Below are positions 50,245 through 60,186 of a stretch of 64,000 bases of DNA, piece by piece. Below the pieces are notes generated by a model. It saw only the letters and a list, made by a program, of their open reading frames with translations, was not told where the DNA came from and ran no database searches. Origin of the DNA: an uncultured Chloroflexia bacterium (GTDB lineage: Bacteria; Chloroflexota; Chloroflexia; QHBQ01; JADMIH01); the NCBI GenBank assembly GCA_963797095.1, contig CAWCNY010000002.1:1024001-1088000 (forward strand), in the 5' to 3' direction. Every line of letters starts with the position of its first letter. The stretch's first letter is position 1. The translations under genes were made by a program, and so were the position numbers.

Positions 50245-50859
50245 ATGTTAGCCGGACATTTCGGGCTGGCCGCTGCGGTCAAGTCACGCCAGCCCCAACT
50301 ACCTTTGTGGTCGCTTATGCTGGCGAGCCAGTTGATAGATGTCCTCTTTCTGGGTACATACGCACTCGGTATAGAGACCTATGCTCCTGTGCCGGGCACG
50401 TCGGGCGGTTACGGCAATCTGATCATCATCGCCGACTACACGCATTCACTTGCCGGATCGCTCATTTTGAGCGTGCTGGCCGCCATAGTTACCTGGATAT
50501 TCTGGGGCAGGCGCAACGGTATCATAATAGGCGCGATGGTCTTTTCGCACTGGGTACTCGACCTGCTGGTGCACCGGGGGGATATGGCGATATTGCCGGG
50601 CAACGCGGGCGATCTGCCTAGACTGGGATTTGGTTTGTGGCAGTGGCCCTGGGTGAGCGCCGCCATAGAGCTTGGCATCTGCCTGGCGGGCGCATATCTC
50701 TATTACCACGCCTCGGCACGCACGGCTATCCAGGCCGAGCGGAGGCGCGAAAAGGCAGGCGAGCCACCGGCAGGCTACCGCCAGAACGCACTGGTAGCCT
50801 CAATTGTGCTCACGGTGAGCTTGGTGGGCACCCTCGTGGGAGATGTGTTCCTCGGATAA
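50245..50859 (+). CDS. Membrane protein, permease/metal-dependent hydrolase-like
   Basis: GHFGLA, QLID, YTHSL and SHWVLDLLVH motifs. Confidence 0.8.
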   Translation: MLAGHFGLAAAVKSRQPQLPLWSLMLASQLIDVLFLGTYALGIETYAPVPGTSGGYGNLIIIADYTHSLAGSLILSVLAAIVTWIFWGRRNGIIIGAMVFSHWVLDLLVHRGDMAILPGNAGDLPRLGFGLWQWPWVSAAIELGICLAGAYLYYHASARTAIQAERRREKAGEPPAGYRQNALVASIVLTVSLVGTLVGDVFLG

Positions 50860-50871
50860 TTATTCGTAATA

Positions 50872-51920
50872 TGCCGATATGCTAGATAGGGAAAGCAAGC
50901 TGCTTGAGGTGCAAGAAGTCTGCCTTACCCATGAGACGATTAATAAAGATGCACAGAGTGTGCGCAGCCAACTTGGAGTGCAGGCGAGCACACAATCCTG
51001 AGAAAGTGTAAGCGTGAGTGATTTCGATGTTGAACTGCTCGGTGAGTTGACCATTCACAGTCTCCACAATCTGGCGGGCACTGTTGATCAAGCTGCTGAC
51101 CAGTTGCTGCACGAACACAGGCATTTGGCTGATAGGGTGACGCTTCTGGTTGCGGCGAGGCAGTGTTATGAGGTTGATGTCATTGTGAAGGCGCAACTGC
51201 TCAGCCTGGTAAGTGTCAATGAAGCCTTTGTCAGCCACAGCATCCAAATGGGAGTGCCCACTCAGCAGGGAAGCCCCCGCTTCTTGGTCGGAGATGTTGG
51301 CTCCAACCAACTCGAAGTCCAAGATGGCCCCACCCAACGTGATGAGCAGATGCAGTTTGTAGCCGAAGATGGTCTTCTTCTTGGTGCAAACTCTCCCAAA
51401 AGCCGCTCCACTTCCGAGCCAATCCCCTCGTCGGCCAGAGCTAGGCACCAGGTGAAAGCCAATCACCTCTACTGGCAGAGCGTCAAGGGCACACTGACGG
51501 TCTTGGGCGATGTCGAGGCGGGTAAGAGCGATGCGCCTGATCATGTTGAAAGCCTGCGCCAGATTACACCTTCTTCTGTTGAGGCGGCTTTGAGAGGGTA
51601 TGTGAGAGAAGAGGTTGAGGTGGCGGTAGGAGGCCCAGTTGCTGAGCAGTTCGGTCTCTACGTCCCACCCTTTGCACTCACCGACCAGCACCATCGTGAT
51701 CAACTCGCTATCAGAGCACTCCGGTTGGGGACCAGGACGCTCAAACAGATGCTTCACCTGTTTCCAAAGGTCATCAACCGTGCAGTACATATACAAGCAG
51801 AAATCCTCAAAGTCGGTTATCATTGGGCTACCCTCCGATGTTTGGTATTTGGTCTTGATAACCGCTTACCTATCACATCGGAGGTTCCCTTGTCAAAGCT
51901 TTTCAACTAGCATATCGGCA
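50872..51920 (-). mobile_element. IS982 family insertion sequence
   Basis: Perfect terminal IR TGCCGATATGCTAG at both ends, flanked by a TAATA duplication. Confidence 0.9.
50882..51823 (-). CDS. IS982 family DDE transposase
   Basis: SDSELIT, SRLNRRR, DALP, GYKLH, ADKGF and RQIVETVNGQL motifs. Confidence 0.93.
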   Translation of the reverse strand: MITDFEDFCLYMYCTVDDLWKQVKHLFERPGPQPECSDSELITMVLVGECKGWDVETELLSNWASYRHLNLFSHIPSQSRLNRRRCNLAQAFNMIRRIALTRLDIAQDRQCALDALPVEVIGFHLVPSSGRRGDWLGSGAAFGRVCTKKKTIFGYKLHLLITLGGAILDFELVGANISDQEAGASLLSGHSHLDAVADKGFIDTYQAEQLRLHNDINLITLPRRNQKRHPISQMPVFVQQLVSSLINSARQIVETVNGQLTEQFNIEITHAYTFSGLCARLHSKLAAHTLCIFINRLMGKADFLHLKQLAFPI

Positions 51921-51924
51921 TAAT

Positions 51925-51963
51925 AACAAAAGGGGGGACCGGGCCACGGTCCCCCCTTTTGTT
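51925..51963. terminator. Bidirectional intrinsic terminator
   Basis: AACAAAAGGGGGGACCG-loop-CGGTCCCCCCTTTTGTT. Confidence 0.9.
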
Positions 51964-51975
51964 TATTCTATCGAG

Positions 51976-53028
51976 CTAGCGGCCCCACGTTAAGCCGGAG
52001 GGCGCGTCGATATTGGCGTTATCGGTCAGCTTTTGTGTGGAGTTGAGACCGGGCACGCCGTCCGCATCCAATCTGAATCCGCCTCCGTAGAGGTCGAACG
52101 ACGTACTTTGCAGGTTCAGATACGCCAGCTTGGTGCCGTCGGGAGACCAGGCAGGAGAGCGGGCAGCGCCATTGATAGTGATCTGAATGGGGGTTGGATA
52201 CTCTCCGGTCCAGGTTTGCTGGTCTGTATCAACCACATAGATGTCGGTTTTGCCCCCCTCGCGCATGGCGAAGGCGATCCACTGGCCGTCAGGCGACCAC
52301 GTAGGGTCGTATGCCCCCTCTTTGGCATCGGTAAGAGCAAGCCAGCGTCCGGTTGTGGTGTTGTACACCCAGATCTGGCCCGTAGCTCCATCGGTCAGGT
52401 AGGTCGCGACCACGATCTTTTCACCGGTGGGTGACCATGCAGGGTGCTCGACTGTCTGCCTGCTCCAATCTAGGCCGGGGGCGGGAGCCAGGGCTGCTGT
52501 GCTGCTGCCGGGCTTGTGGCTAGGAGAGATCACCCGCAGATTGGGGTACTCGGTGCCCACGTCGGAGGTAAAGGCGATCTGTTCGCCGTCGGGCGACCAC
52601 GCCGGGTAATTGGCCCATAGCGCAAGCGTGTTATAGCCTTCGCTTACGCCTGGTATCTCTACCTGGCCCACGGCAACATTTGGGCGATAATCTGTGAGGG
52701 CGACGGGGTTGGATGGATTGCTTATCCTGAGCGTGTAGAGGTCGGAGAAACCCTCATCTATGCGCGTATAGACCAGTTGTGTGCCATCGGGCGAGAAGGA
52801 TGGGTAGGCGTCTCGCTTGTCGAGCTTATCTTTAGGGCCGGCGGTGAGTTGCTTCAATTCACCGCCCGTATAGAGCCAGATAGCCCCACTGCGCGCGAAA
52901 GCGATTTTGCCTCCGAGGTTGGGGCCTGCGAGCGCTTCCGCCGGATTGTTGTTCGAGCGGCCCCACGAGGTAGCCGCCACCAGTAGCATTAGCCCCAGGA
53001 CGAATAGTACAGCGATCTTCTTAGCCAA
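51976..53028 (-). CDS. Secreted TolB-like (PD40 repeat) beta-propeller protein
   Basis: Signal peptide, repeated PAWSPDG..IAF motifs. Confidence 0.88.
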   Translation of the reverse strand: MAKKIAVLFVLGLMLLVAATSWGRSNNNPAEALAGPNLGGKIAFARSGAIWLYTGGELKQLTAGPKDKLDKRDAYPSFSPDGTQLVYTRIDEGFSDLYTLRISNPSNPVALTDYRPNVAVGQVEIPGVSEGYNTLALWANYPAWSPDGEQIAFTSDVGTEYPNLRVISPSHKPGSSTAALAPAPGLDWSRQTVEHPAWSPTGEKIVVATYLTDGATGQIWVYNTTTGRWLALTDAKEGAYDPTWSPDGQWIAFAMREGGKTDIYVVDTDQQTWTGEYPTPIQITINGAARSPAWSPDGTKLAYLNLQSTSFDLYGGGFRLDADGVPGLNSTQKLTDNANIDAPSGLTWGR

Positions 53029-54244
53029 GATTATTCCCTCGCCAGCGCATCCAGATCTTGTAGAGGAGGCGGTTGTACACGTAATCGTATGCGCCTGGAT
53101 ATTCTACCTCTCTGCCGCCGAAGCCCCTCTTGAACCAGTATACACCACGCAAACCTGAGCGTGTATTTATTGGGGAAACGTCGGCCCCTTCCTCGTCGCC
53201 CTCGGCGGGAGGGTCGGGGATGCCCCAGAAATCGTAGAGCGTGCAGCCATGCGCCCTGGCCCACCTGATCGCTTCCCATTGGAGTAAGTAGTTGGGCATA
53301 TGCTCGCGCCCCCGGTTGTCCGATGCACCATACATATAGATAGCTTCTTGGCCGAACCTGAAGGCCAGCAGGCCCCCGATTGGCCCCTGCGCCCGCTCGG
53401 CCTCGTCGGGGTGATCGGCCAGCAGGATCGCTATAGAGTTGCTGCCGCCGGGGCCGAAGGTGCGCCACAGGCTCGCATAATAAGGTAACGTATGTATGCC
53501 GAATTCGTCGCGCGCCCCTGTGGTCTGGAGCAGGGCGTAGAAAGCCTGGAGATCTGAATACGATTCGGCGCGGCGCACAACGACCCCCCGCCGCCCGGCC
53601 AATCGCAGGTTGTAGCGCGTCTTGGGCTTCATCCCCTTGAGGATATCGTCTTCGCTTCCAGCGATGTCGAGCACCCAGGTGCGTGCGGGTTGCAGGCGTC
53701 CCGAAGGGTGGAAGCCCGGGGCGATCATTTTGCGGTCTACAACTGCCCTGGTGATAGCGCCCTCCAGGGCGACATCAGGCTCGACCTTCAGGAATATCGC
53801 ACCTCGCCGCTTGCTTTGTGCGTGGACGGTGCGCCAGAAGGCCCTTTCGGCATTGACTTCTTGAGCCGCCTCCGGGAAAAAGACGGGACCCCTGGGCACG
53901 TAGGCGATAGATACACGGAAGGGAAGACGCGGCAAGGAGCGGTAGAGCACCTGCCCGTAGACGAGGGGGTTGGTGGAGTTGGTATGGTAGGGGGAATAGC
54001 CTACCTTGCGCTCGCCTATCTTGTGGAGGGCCAGCCGGTAGGGCGACCAGCCGGACGAGCGCTTGAACTCGCCCCATTCCCACGACTGAAGGAGTGACGC
54101 TTGCTGAACCTCAATGCAGCGGTCCCAATCGCGTTGAGGGACATGAGTTCTGGTGACGAACGGGAAGGCAGGCGAATTGCGGCCTTCCACCTTGAGTATG
54201 TCGTCTTGTACGCTCTGCTCAGAGAGCAATCTACTCATCGGCAC
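53021..54244 (-). CDS. FemABX-family peptidyltransferase (peptidoglycan bridge formation)
   Basis: LLQSWEWGEFK, YVPRGP, KTRYNLR, YMYGAS, PNYLLQW, YDFWGI and FKRGFGG motifs. Confidence 0.92.
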   Translation of the reverse strand: MPMSRLLSEQSVQDDILKVEGRNSPAFPFVTRTHVPQRDWDRCIEVQQASLLQSWEWGEFKRSSGWSPYRLALHKIGERKVGYSPYHTNSTNPLVYGQVLYRSLPRLPFRVSIAYVPRGPVFFPEAAQEVNAERAFWRTVHAQSKRRGAIFLKVEPDVALEGAITRAVVDRKMIAPGFHPSGRLQPARTWVLDIAGSEDDILKGMKPKTRYNLRLAGRRGVVVRRAESYSDLQAFYALLQTTGARDEFGIHTLPYYASLWRTFGPGGSNSIAILLADHPDEAERAQGPIGGLLAFRFGQEAIYMYGASDNRGREHMPNYLLQWEAIRWARAHGCTLYDFWGIPDPPAEGDEEGADVSPINTRSGLRGVYWFKRGFGGREVEYPGAYDYVYNRLLYKIWMRWRGNNLG

Positions 54245-55007
54245 CGTGATGGGTCTTCAGCCTGATTTGTGCTGGGAGCGGCAGCGGGACAGAGTGAGTG
54301 TCTATGCAAGGTTCGCCGTCTGGAAGCATGAACTCGCTGTTATCGGCGTGGTCATAACTGGCCGGGTGGTGGCCCTGCTGAGCACCTGTGCGCTCGCGTT
54401 CGGCGGTGGGATGGGTGCGATCACCATAGGTGGAGTTGTTGCTTACTGCTCCATAGGTGTACACGCCGCGCACCTCGCTGGTGGTCTGCTGGACGGCGCG
54501 CAGGTGGATGCTTGGGCCGGACGGTGAGTTGCGGAAAATGCCTGGTAGCGATGTGATCTCGGTGAACTGGTCGGCGGCCTCGATAAGTTCATTTGAGGTA
54601 CTGATGCCGAATGAGATCACTTCGCAGCGCACTCCCCTGTGCTGGACCGCTTCCAGCAGGCGCACAAAGTCGCCGTCGCCGCTGATGAGGACCACCACAT
54701 CCAGGTTTTCGGAGAGGAGCATGATATCTACGGCCATCTCGATGTCGAGGTTAGCCTTGATGCGCCCTCCTTCGTACTTATGAATGTCTTTGCAGATTAC
54801 CTTGTAGCCGTTGGCGCGCAGGAAATCGATGAATTTGCGCTGGTTAGGATTGTCGGGATCGACACCCGTGTAGGCGCTGGCGCGGATGAGGTCGCGCCCG
54901 GCCACCGCACAATCGAGCAAGCGGCAATAGTTGACTTCTACCCCGGCAGACTTGGCCGAGTAAAAAAGATTAGATACGTCTACAAAGACGCCAACGTTAT
55001 GAGACAT
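54231..55007 (-). CDS. NYN domain (LabA-like) protein
   Basis: VFVDVSNL, KANLDIEMAVD, LISGDGDF and AADQF motifs. Confidence 0.92.
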   Translation of the reverse strand: MSHNVGVFVDVSNLFYSAKSAGVEVNYCRLLDCAVAGRDLIRASAYTGVDPDNPNQRKFIDFLRANGYKVICKDIHKYEGGRIKANLDIEMAVDIMLLSENLDVVVLISGDGDFVRLLEAVQHRGVRCEVISFGISTSNELIEAADQFTEITSLPGIFRNSPSGPSIHLRAVQQTTSEVRGVYTYGAVSNNSTYGDRTHPTAERERTGAQQGHHPASYDHADNSEFMLPDGEPCIDTHSVPLPLPAQIRLKTHHGADE

Positions 55008-55209
55008 TTCCTATCCCCTTCGATAGTTGTATGATATTCGGACCTTCTGATACGTGATACGTGCTTTATAAGGGACCATTATACCTGTATTATACCTTAA
55101 TATTTAGGGGATGGTCGAAGATTGCCCCTAAATTGTCCGCTGAAAGTGGTCCTGGGGCGTAGTGTCGGACCCATAATAAGGAATACCTCTCCTCCTCTAT
55201 CGCCGCAAA

Positions 55210-55425
55210 AGCACCGCTGGGGCACCCCATGGACAGCGCTGTCGCATAGAACCCCCAAGGTGTCCCAGGTGCGGGCACTTCTCATGGGTGTCCTGCCAAT
55301 ATGCGAGCCCTGTAGTCCCTTCGGGACTTGGCTTGGGTGGCATTCCATCGGGGCACCCACCACGGACACCGCTACAATCGGCTCTTTGTGCAACAACATT
55401 GCCCACAATGGATGCCCTTACAATC
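55210..55425. repeat. REP-like repeat related to the 1837-2170 cluster
   Basis: GTCCCTTCGGGACTTGGCTTGGGTGGCA is the reverse complement of TGCCACCCAAGCCAAGTCCCGAAAGGAC (~1864-1891) with one mismatch. Confidence 0.7.
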
Positions 55426-55451
55426 CGCTACTTCACCCCAACGACACAAAC

Positions 55452-56669
55452 CTACAGAAGCTCGCGCACCACCGCTGCCAATCTCTTGACCGCTTCTTCT
55501 ATATCAGCGGGTGGAAGGAGGCTGTAGGAGAGGCGGAGGTAGGTGCCGGGCGTTTCGGGCTGCTGGGCGAAGCAAGGTTCGCCAGGGAGATATTCGACCC
55601 CCTGCTCCCGTGCCCGCGCGGCCAGATTAGAGGGTTCTATGGTGGGTGGGAGCCACATCCACACGAAGAATCCCCCGGCGGGGCGCGTCCATCGCGCTTC
55701 TGCGGGAAAGTACCGGTCGAGGGCCGCCAGCATTGCGTCGCGTTTGACGCAATAAGCGGTGATAAGGTCGCGGATGTGCGAGGCTAGTGCCCCCTCGCGG
55801 TTGTATTCCAGCGAAACCGATTGGACGAAGGCAGATGTGCCCCCTTCGTCTTTCAGCAGCAGCATACGGCGTATTATCTCAGGGTGAGCCACAGCCCACC
55901 CGAGTTGCATACCTGGGGCCAGGATCTTGGAGAATGTGCCTGTGCGTATCACGTGCGCGTTGGGATCGAGGGCATAGAGCGAGGTCGGCAATGGCCCTTC
56001 ATCGGGATCGTAGTAAAGCTCGCGATAAGCGTCGTCCTCAATGATAGTGAGGTTGTACCGCCGGGCCACCTCGACTAACGCCATGCGGGAACTCCGGGGT
56101 AGCGTAAGCCCCGATGGGTTCTGGAACGTGGGGATCGTGTAGATGATGCGCGGACGTGCCCCCTCCGACAACAGCGAGTGGATCATCTGCTCCAGGCGAT
56201 CAACATCGATACCGTCGGCTCCAGTAGGCATGTTGCGAAGGTCGGCACCCGCCCTCTGGAAGACGCTCAACGCGCCGGGGAAAGAGGGCGCTTCCACAAA
56301 GACAATATCGCCCTCATCCAGCAGGGCGCGGGCGGCCAGTCCGATAGCAGCCGAAGCGCCATTGGTGATCACGATGTTATCGCGGCCAATCGCGATCCCT
56401 TCTCCGGCCAAAAGCTTGCCCGCCACCATATCCATAAAAGCAGGCTGGCCCTGCACCGAGCCGTATTGTAGGCCGATCCCCGCCAACTCCGGGTCGGCAA
56501 GCACGCGGCCAACCGCGTCCTCGATCCCCTCAGCCGGAAAAAGGGCGGGGTCAGGATTTCCGTAAGCAAGCGAGAAGGGCGCGCTCACCCCCGCGACGTA
56601 CCAGGCCGTGCCCCCACGCGCCACCTTGCGCGACCAGTGCGGGATGAAGCGGGCCGAGTTATGGATCAT
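55452..56669 (-). CDS. PLP-dependent aminotransferase class I (LysN-like)
   Basis: GNPDP, LQYG, PTFQNPSG, EDDAY, GTFSKILAPG and GGFFVW motifs; start placed at MIHNS. Confidence 0.9.
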   Translation of the reverse strand: MIHNSARFIPHWSRKVARGGTAWYVAGVSAPFSLAYGNPDPALFPAEGIEDAVGRVLADPELAGIGLQYGSVQGQPAFMDMVAGKLLAGEGIAIGRDNIVITNGASAAIGLAARALLDEGDIVFVEAPSFPGALSVFQRAGADLRNMPTGADGIDVDRLEQMIHSLLSEGARPRIIYTIPTFQNPSGLTLPRSSRMALVEVARRYNLTIIEDDAYRELYYDPDEGPLPTSLYALDPNAHVIRTGTFSKILAPGMQLGWAVAHPEIIRRMLLLKDEGGTSAFVQSVSLEYNREGALASHIRDLITAYCVKRDAMLAALDRYFPAEARWTRPAGGFFVWMWLPPTIEPSNLAARAREQGVEYLPGEPCFAQQPETPGTYLRLSYSLLPPADIEEAVKRLAAVVRELL

Positions 56670-56703
56670 AGGCCTGTGATCGTCGATTCCTGTCTCCTGC
56701 CTG

Positions 56704-57621
56704 CTATACCACGTCCAACGGGTTGGCCGAGAACGCGATCTCCTGAAGTGCCTCCTGCGCGGCATCATGTACCGCTTGCTCGGTGCTGCTGACTGCGTTG
56801 CGCAGGGCATCGGATGCCGCTTTGCCCCCGATCTGCCCCAGCCCCCAGATCGCCGCCAGCCGTACTTCAAGATCGGGGTCGCTAATTAGCTCGATAAGCC
56901 TAGGGACAGCGTCCTCGATGACGATCTCCCCGGCGGCGTGGGCCGCTTCATAGCGCATAGCGGGTCGCGTGTTATTTAGCTCATGCATGATAATGGGCGT
57001 CCACTCCTTGTCTGTGGTGCGTCCCATCGCGAACACCGCGCTCTCTGCGTGCTTCTCGCCCTGCTTATACTGATCGGCGATCAGCTCCTGCACTTCTTTA
57101 TCCTGGTTGAAGTAGCCCAGGCTTTCCACGGCGCGTCTCCGCACATCCTCGTCCTCGGCGCGGTCGCGGGCGCTCGCGATGAGCGTACTGCGTAGATGGC
57201 TTTCCTCCGATTGTATGCCAAGCTTGTTGCACTGCGCCAGGTAGGTGAAGCGCCCCAGGGCGGTAGCGCTGGCCTCGCGCACATCCTCGTCGGGGTCGTT
57301 GCGCAACAGCGTAAGGAGCCTGCCGAGCAGGAGGGTGCTGTTGTCCTCGCTCAGGCCCTCTATAGCCTTCCTACGCACATCCGCGCTGGTATCATCGAGG
57401 GCGTTCAGGAACACTCGCCTGAAGTGATAGTCAATATTATCTTCCGCTATAATCGCTAGGGCCGACACGATTTGCGCCCGCCGCTGGGGAGGAAGCGAAG
57501 GCCAGACAACACGTAGCGTATCGCGGTCCTCGCTGTTCAGGTCGGAGAGGAATTTAAGGGAGGCGACGTTAAGTTTGTCGCCGTTGCCCAGGTTTTCGAT
57601 TTGTTCTTTGAATGTAGTCAT
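56704..57621 (-). CDS. HEAT repeat protein
   Basis: Repeated D..VR..A..ALG helical units. Confidence 0.88.
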   Translation of the reverse strand: MTTFKEQIENLGNGDKLNVASLKFLSDLNSEDRDTLRVVWPSLPPQRRAQIVSALAIIAEDNIDYHFRRVFLNALDDTSADVRRKAIEGLSEDNSTLLLGRLLTLLRNDPDEDVREASATALGRFTYLAQCNKLGIQSEESHLRSTLIASARDRAEDEDVRRRAVESLGYFNQDKEVQELIADQYKQGEKHAESAVFAMGRTTDKEWTPIIMHELNNTRPAMRYEAAHAAGEIVIEDAVPRLIELISDPDLEVRLAAIWGLGQIGGKAASDALRNAVSSTEQAVHDAAQEALQEIAFSANPLDVV

Positions 57622-57865
57622 CTTTTATTTCCAGTTTCCAGTTATCGTTAGTGTCTTTGTAACGGCTTAATGACTTAATATTGGTAGCCGTATGATCCTA
57701 TTATGCCAAAAGTGTCAAGGTGATCTTCAAACTTGGCCCCATTGCCACGAGAACTCTACCGATCTATAATCGCTGGAAGCAGATGGCATAATACACCGTT
57801 ACTTCTATCTGCATGAACGCTGCTCCTCGCTTGCGCTACCGAGTGCGCAATATTGGAGGCTTGCC

Positions 57866-59746
57866 ATGCACGCTGACTACGAGGACACACTGGAAGTGCG
57901 TCTACAGCGGGTCGAAGGAGCCGTAGAGGAGATCAGGGCGACGCTCGCTCGCCTGGAGGCGGCTTCTGTCTCTGCTGGCCCCAGGGCGCCGCAGGCTACA
58001 GTTCCCCTGTCCGCCACCCATCGGGCCGTCCCAATTCCACCTCCGCCTGCGCCGCTTGAGCAAGTGTTTTGCCCAAACTGTCACGGCGGCAACCCCCCAA
58101 CAGCGCAGGTTTGTATGTGGTGCGGTAGGCCGTTGCCCGCCGCAGCACCCACGCCCGGCCTCTCTGAGTCCACTTTAGCGATACCCGCGAAGCCACTCGA
58201 TGCGGCGCGGCAGAGTGCGTTCTGGCTCAACAAGATCGGTATCGGTCTGTTCCTGTTGGGGCTGGCATTCTTCTTCAAATACTCCATCGACCAGGGTTGG
58301 CTTGGCCCGTGGGTGCGCGTCATCATAGGGCTGGCGTTCGGTACCATCCTGCTGGCGTTCGGATTGCGTCTGATCGGTAATCATCGGCACTTCGGCCAGG
58401 TGCTACTCGGCGGAGGCATCGCGGCCTACTACATCACCGGCTTTGCCTCGTTCCAGCTTCTGAACCTGGTGCCTTATCCGGTCGCTTTCGCCTTCATGGC
58501 GGCAACCACTATATTCGCGTTCTTCCTCTCCATAGGCTTCGATGCCGTGCCCCTGGCGCTCATCGCGGTCATAGGCGGGCTTGCCACTCCCTTAGTCCTG
58601 AATACAGGCGAAAGAAACATTACTGCTCTGGTGGGGTATACCCTTCTGCTTCTGGCGGGAGCAACGGCTATCTTCATGTTCAAGGGGTGGCGCTCCCTCC
58701 TCTGGTCGGCTTTCGTGGGCGGGTGGGCGGTGCTCCTGATCCCTGCTGTCCTGGCGTTGTCGCAATCCGAGCGGTGGACCCTGGAGGCCGGGGCTATCTT
58801 CATGCTATTGGCTTTCTGGATCCTCCCCGTGCTCCGAGACCTGTTGAGCATGGAGAATCCTGCTCGCTGGCCCAGGCCTGAATTAGACATCTTCGAAAGC
58901 GTCGTCAGCCCAGACTGGCGCGATTCCATGGACCTGAGCGTGCATCTGCTCACCTTTCTCACTCCCTTTGCCGTCATCGGCTATTCGGTAGGGCTAGATT
59001 GGCCGGGTTCGAATGGCGATGTGTGGGGGTTCATATCTCTAGCCGGGGCGGCTGTCTTCGGGGTACTCGCATGGTCGCTCAATAATCGCCAAAAGCAGTT
59101 AGCCTACACGCACGCTCTAACCGCTGTCGCGCTCTTTACGCTGGGTATTTCTCTAATCCTGGAGGGCGATGTCCTCTTTGTGGCGCTGGCTCTGGAGGCT
59201 GCTCTGCTGCAAGCGACGGCTCGGCGCAGGCAAGATATACGCATCGAGTGGATCGCCAACACAGGTTGGCTGCTCCTTGTGATTTGGCTGGCCGCGCGAC
59301 TGGCCTACCCTTACGCAACCGAGCTCGCTGTCTTCAATGCCTACAGTCTTAGCAATCTTGCGATTATCCTCTTGCTCGGAGGAATGTCGTGGGTTGTGCG
59401 AACACAGCAAGTCGTATGGCTCTACCGGATCGGTGCCCACATAGGCTTTCTCTGGTGGTTGTGGCGCGAATTGGAGCGTCTCCCAAGTGGTAACGCGCTC
59501 GTGACCGTGGCATGGAGCATATATGCCCTGGCGATCCTGGGTGTGGGCTCCTGGTTGAAAGGCACCAACCGTCTACCGATCATGAACATCGGTATCGCTA
59601 CTCTGTTCCTGGTGGTGGGCAAGCTGATTCTTGTTGATCTGGTGGTGCTCGACGCCGTGTGGCGTATTCTCCTATTCCTTGGCGTGGGCGCACTGCTGCT
59701 CGTTCTAAGCTATTATCTTCCCATGAACCGCAAGGAAAAATCATGA
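57866..59746 (+). CDS. DUF2339 family membrane protein with N-terminal zinc ribbon
   Basis: CPNC..CMWCG; WLNKIGI..FFKYSIDQGWLGP.VR; KLILVDL..WRILLFLG. Confidence 0.88.
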   Translation: MHADYEDTLEVRLQRVEGAVEEIRATLARLEAASVSAGPRAPQATVPLSATHRAVPIPPPPAPLEQVFCPNCHGGNPPTAQVCMWCGRPLPAAAPTPGLSESTLAIPAKPLDAARQSAFWLNKIGIGLFLLGLAFFFKYSIDQGWLGPWVRVIIGLAFGTILLAFGLRLIGNHRHFGQVLLGGGIAAYYITGFASFQLLNLVPYPVAFAFMAATTIFAFFLSIGFDAVPLALIAVIGGLATPLVLNTGERNITALVGYTLLLLAGATAIFMFKGWRSLLWSAFVGGWAVLLIPAVLALSQSERWTLEAGAIFMLLAFWILPVLRDLLSMENPARWPRPELDIFESVVSPDWRDSMDLSVHLLTFLTPFAVIGYSVGLDWPGSNGDVWGFISLAGAAVFGVLAWSLNNRQKQLAYTHALTAVALFTLGISLILEGDVLFVALALEAALLQATARRRQDIRIEWIANTGWLLLVIWLAARLAYPYATELAVFNAYSLSNLAIILLLGGMSWVVRTQQVVWLYRIGAHIGFLWWLWRELERLPSGNALVTVAWSIYALAILGVGSWLKGTNRLPIMNIGIATLFLVVGKLILVDLVVLDAVWRILLFLGVGALLLVLSYYLPMNRKEKS

Positions 59747-59825
59747 ATCGTGGGTCATGCATCTGAAATCACGCGAGCAATCCGGCCCGTATACGCGCAA
59801 AGACTTTGCATCCATCCATTTTGCT

Positions 59826-60052
59826 CAGGGCGATTGCATCTAAATTCGTTTTGGGCCAAAAGGTCAGATTCCATGGGCATCTCGACCTTATGGAGGCGCC
59901 TCAAGGTCGAAAAGCCAGTCCCAAGACACCCCAGGATGCTATTGTGACTGGCTCGCGAGCCACTATCAGAGCCTTCTGTGGCCGTACTACCGACTGTGGT
60001 GGGCCCGTTTGAGCCATTTTCAGTCGAATCCACTTTAGATGCAATCGCCCTG
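59826..60052. mobile_element. 227-bp MITE with ISAs1-like ends
   Basis: 19-bp perfect IR CAGGGCGATTGCATCTAAA; 10-bp target duplication CCATTTTGCT at 59816-59825 and 60053-60062; no transposase. Confidence 0.85.
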
Positions 60053-60071
60053 CCATTTTGCTCGATTCCTA

Positions 60072-60101
60072 TTGACTAATTCACCCCAAGACTGATATAT
60101 T
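60072..60101 (+). promoter_or_regulatory. sigma70-like promoter of module copy 1
   Basis: TTGACT-18 nt-TATATT with extended TG. Confidence 0.5.
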
Positions 60102-60186
60102 TACCAGGCGACCTTTTGGGGGTTTGTATGGCATGGTCCGGCCATGCTTTTGGCCGGGTTTTAGTTGTGGCAAGGGAGGCTATTTT

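Noticed and set aside
51014-51910. 298-aa + strand ORF inside IS982
   Set aside because: Antisense shadow of the transposase
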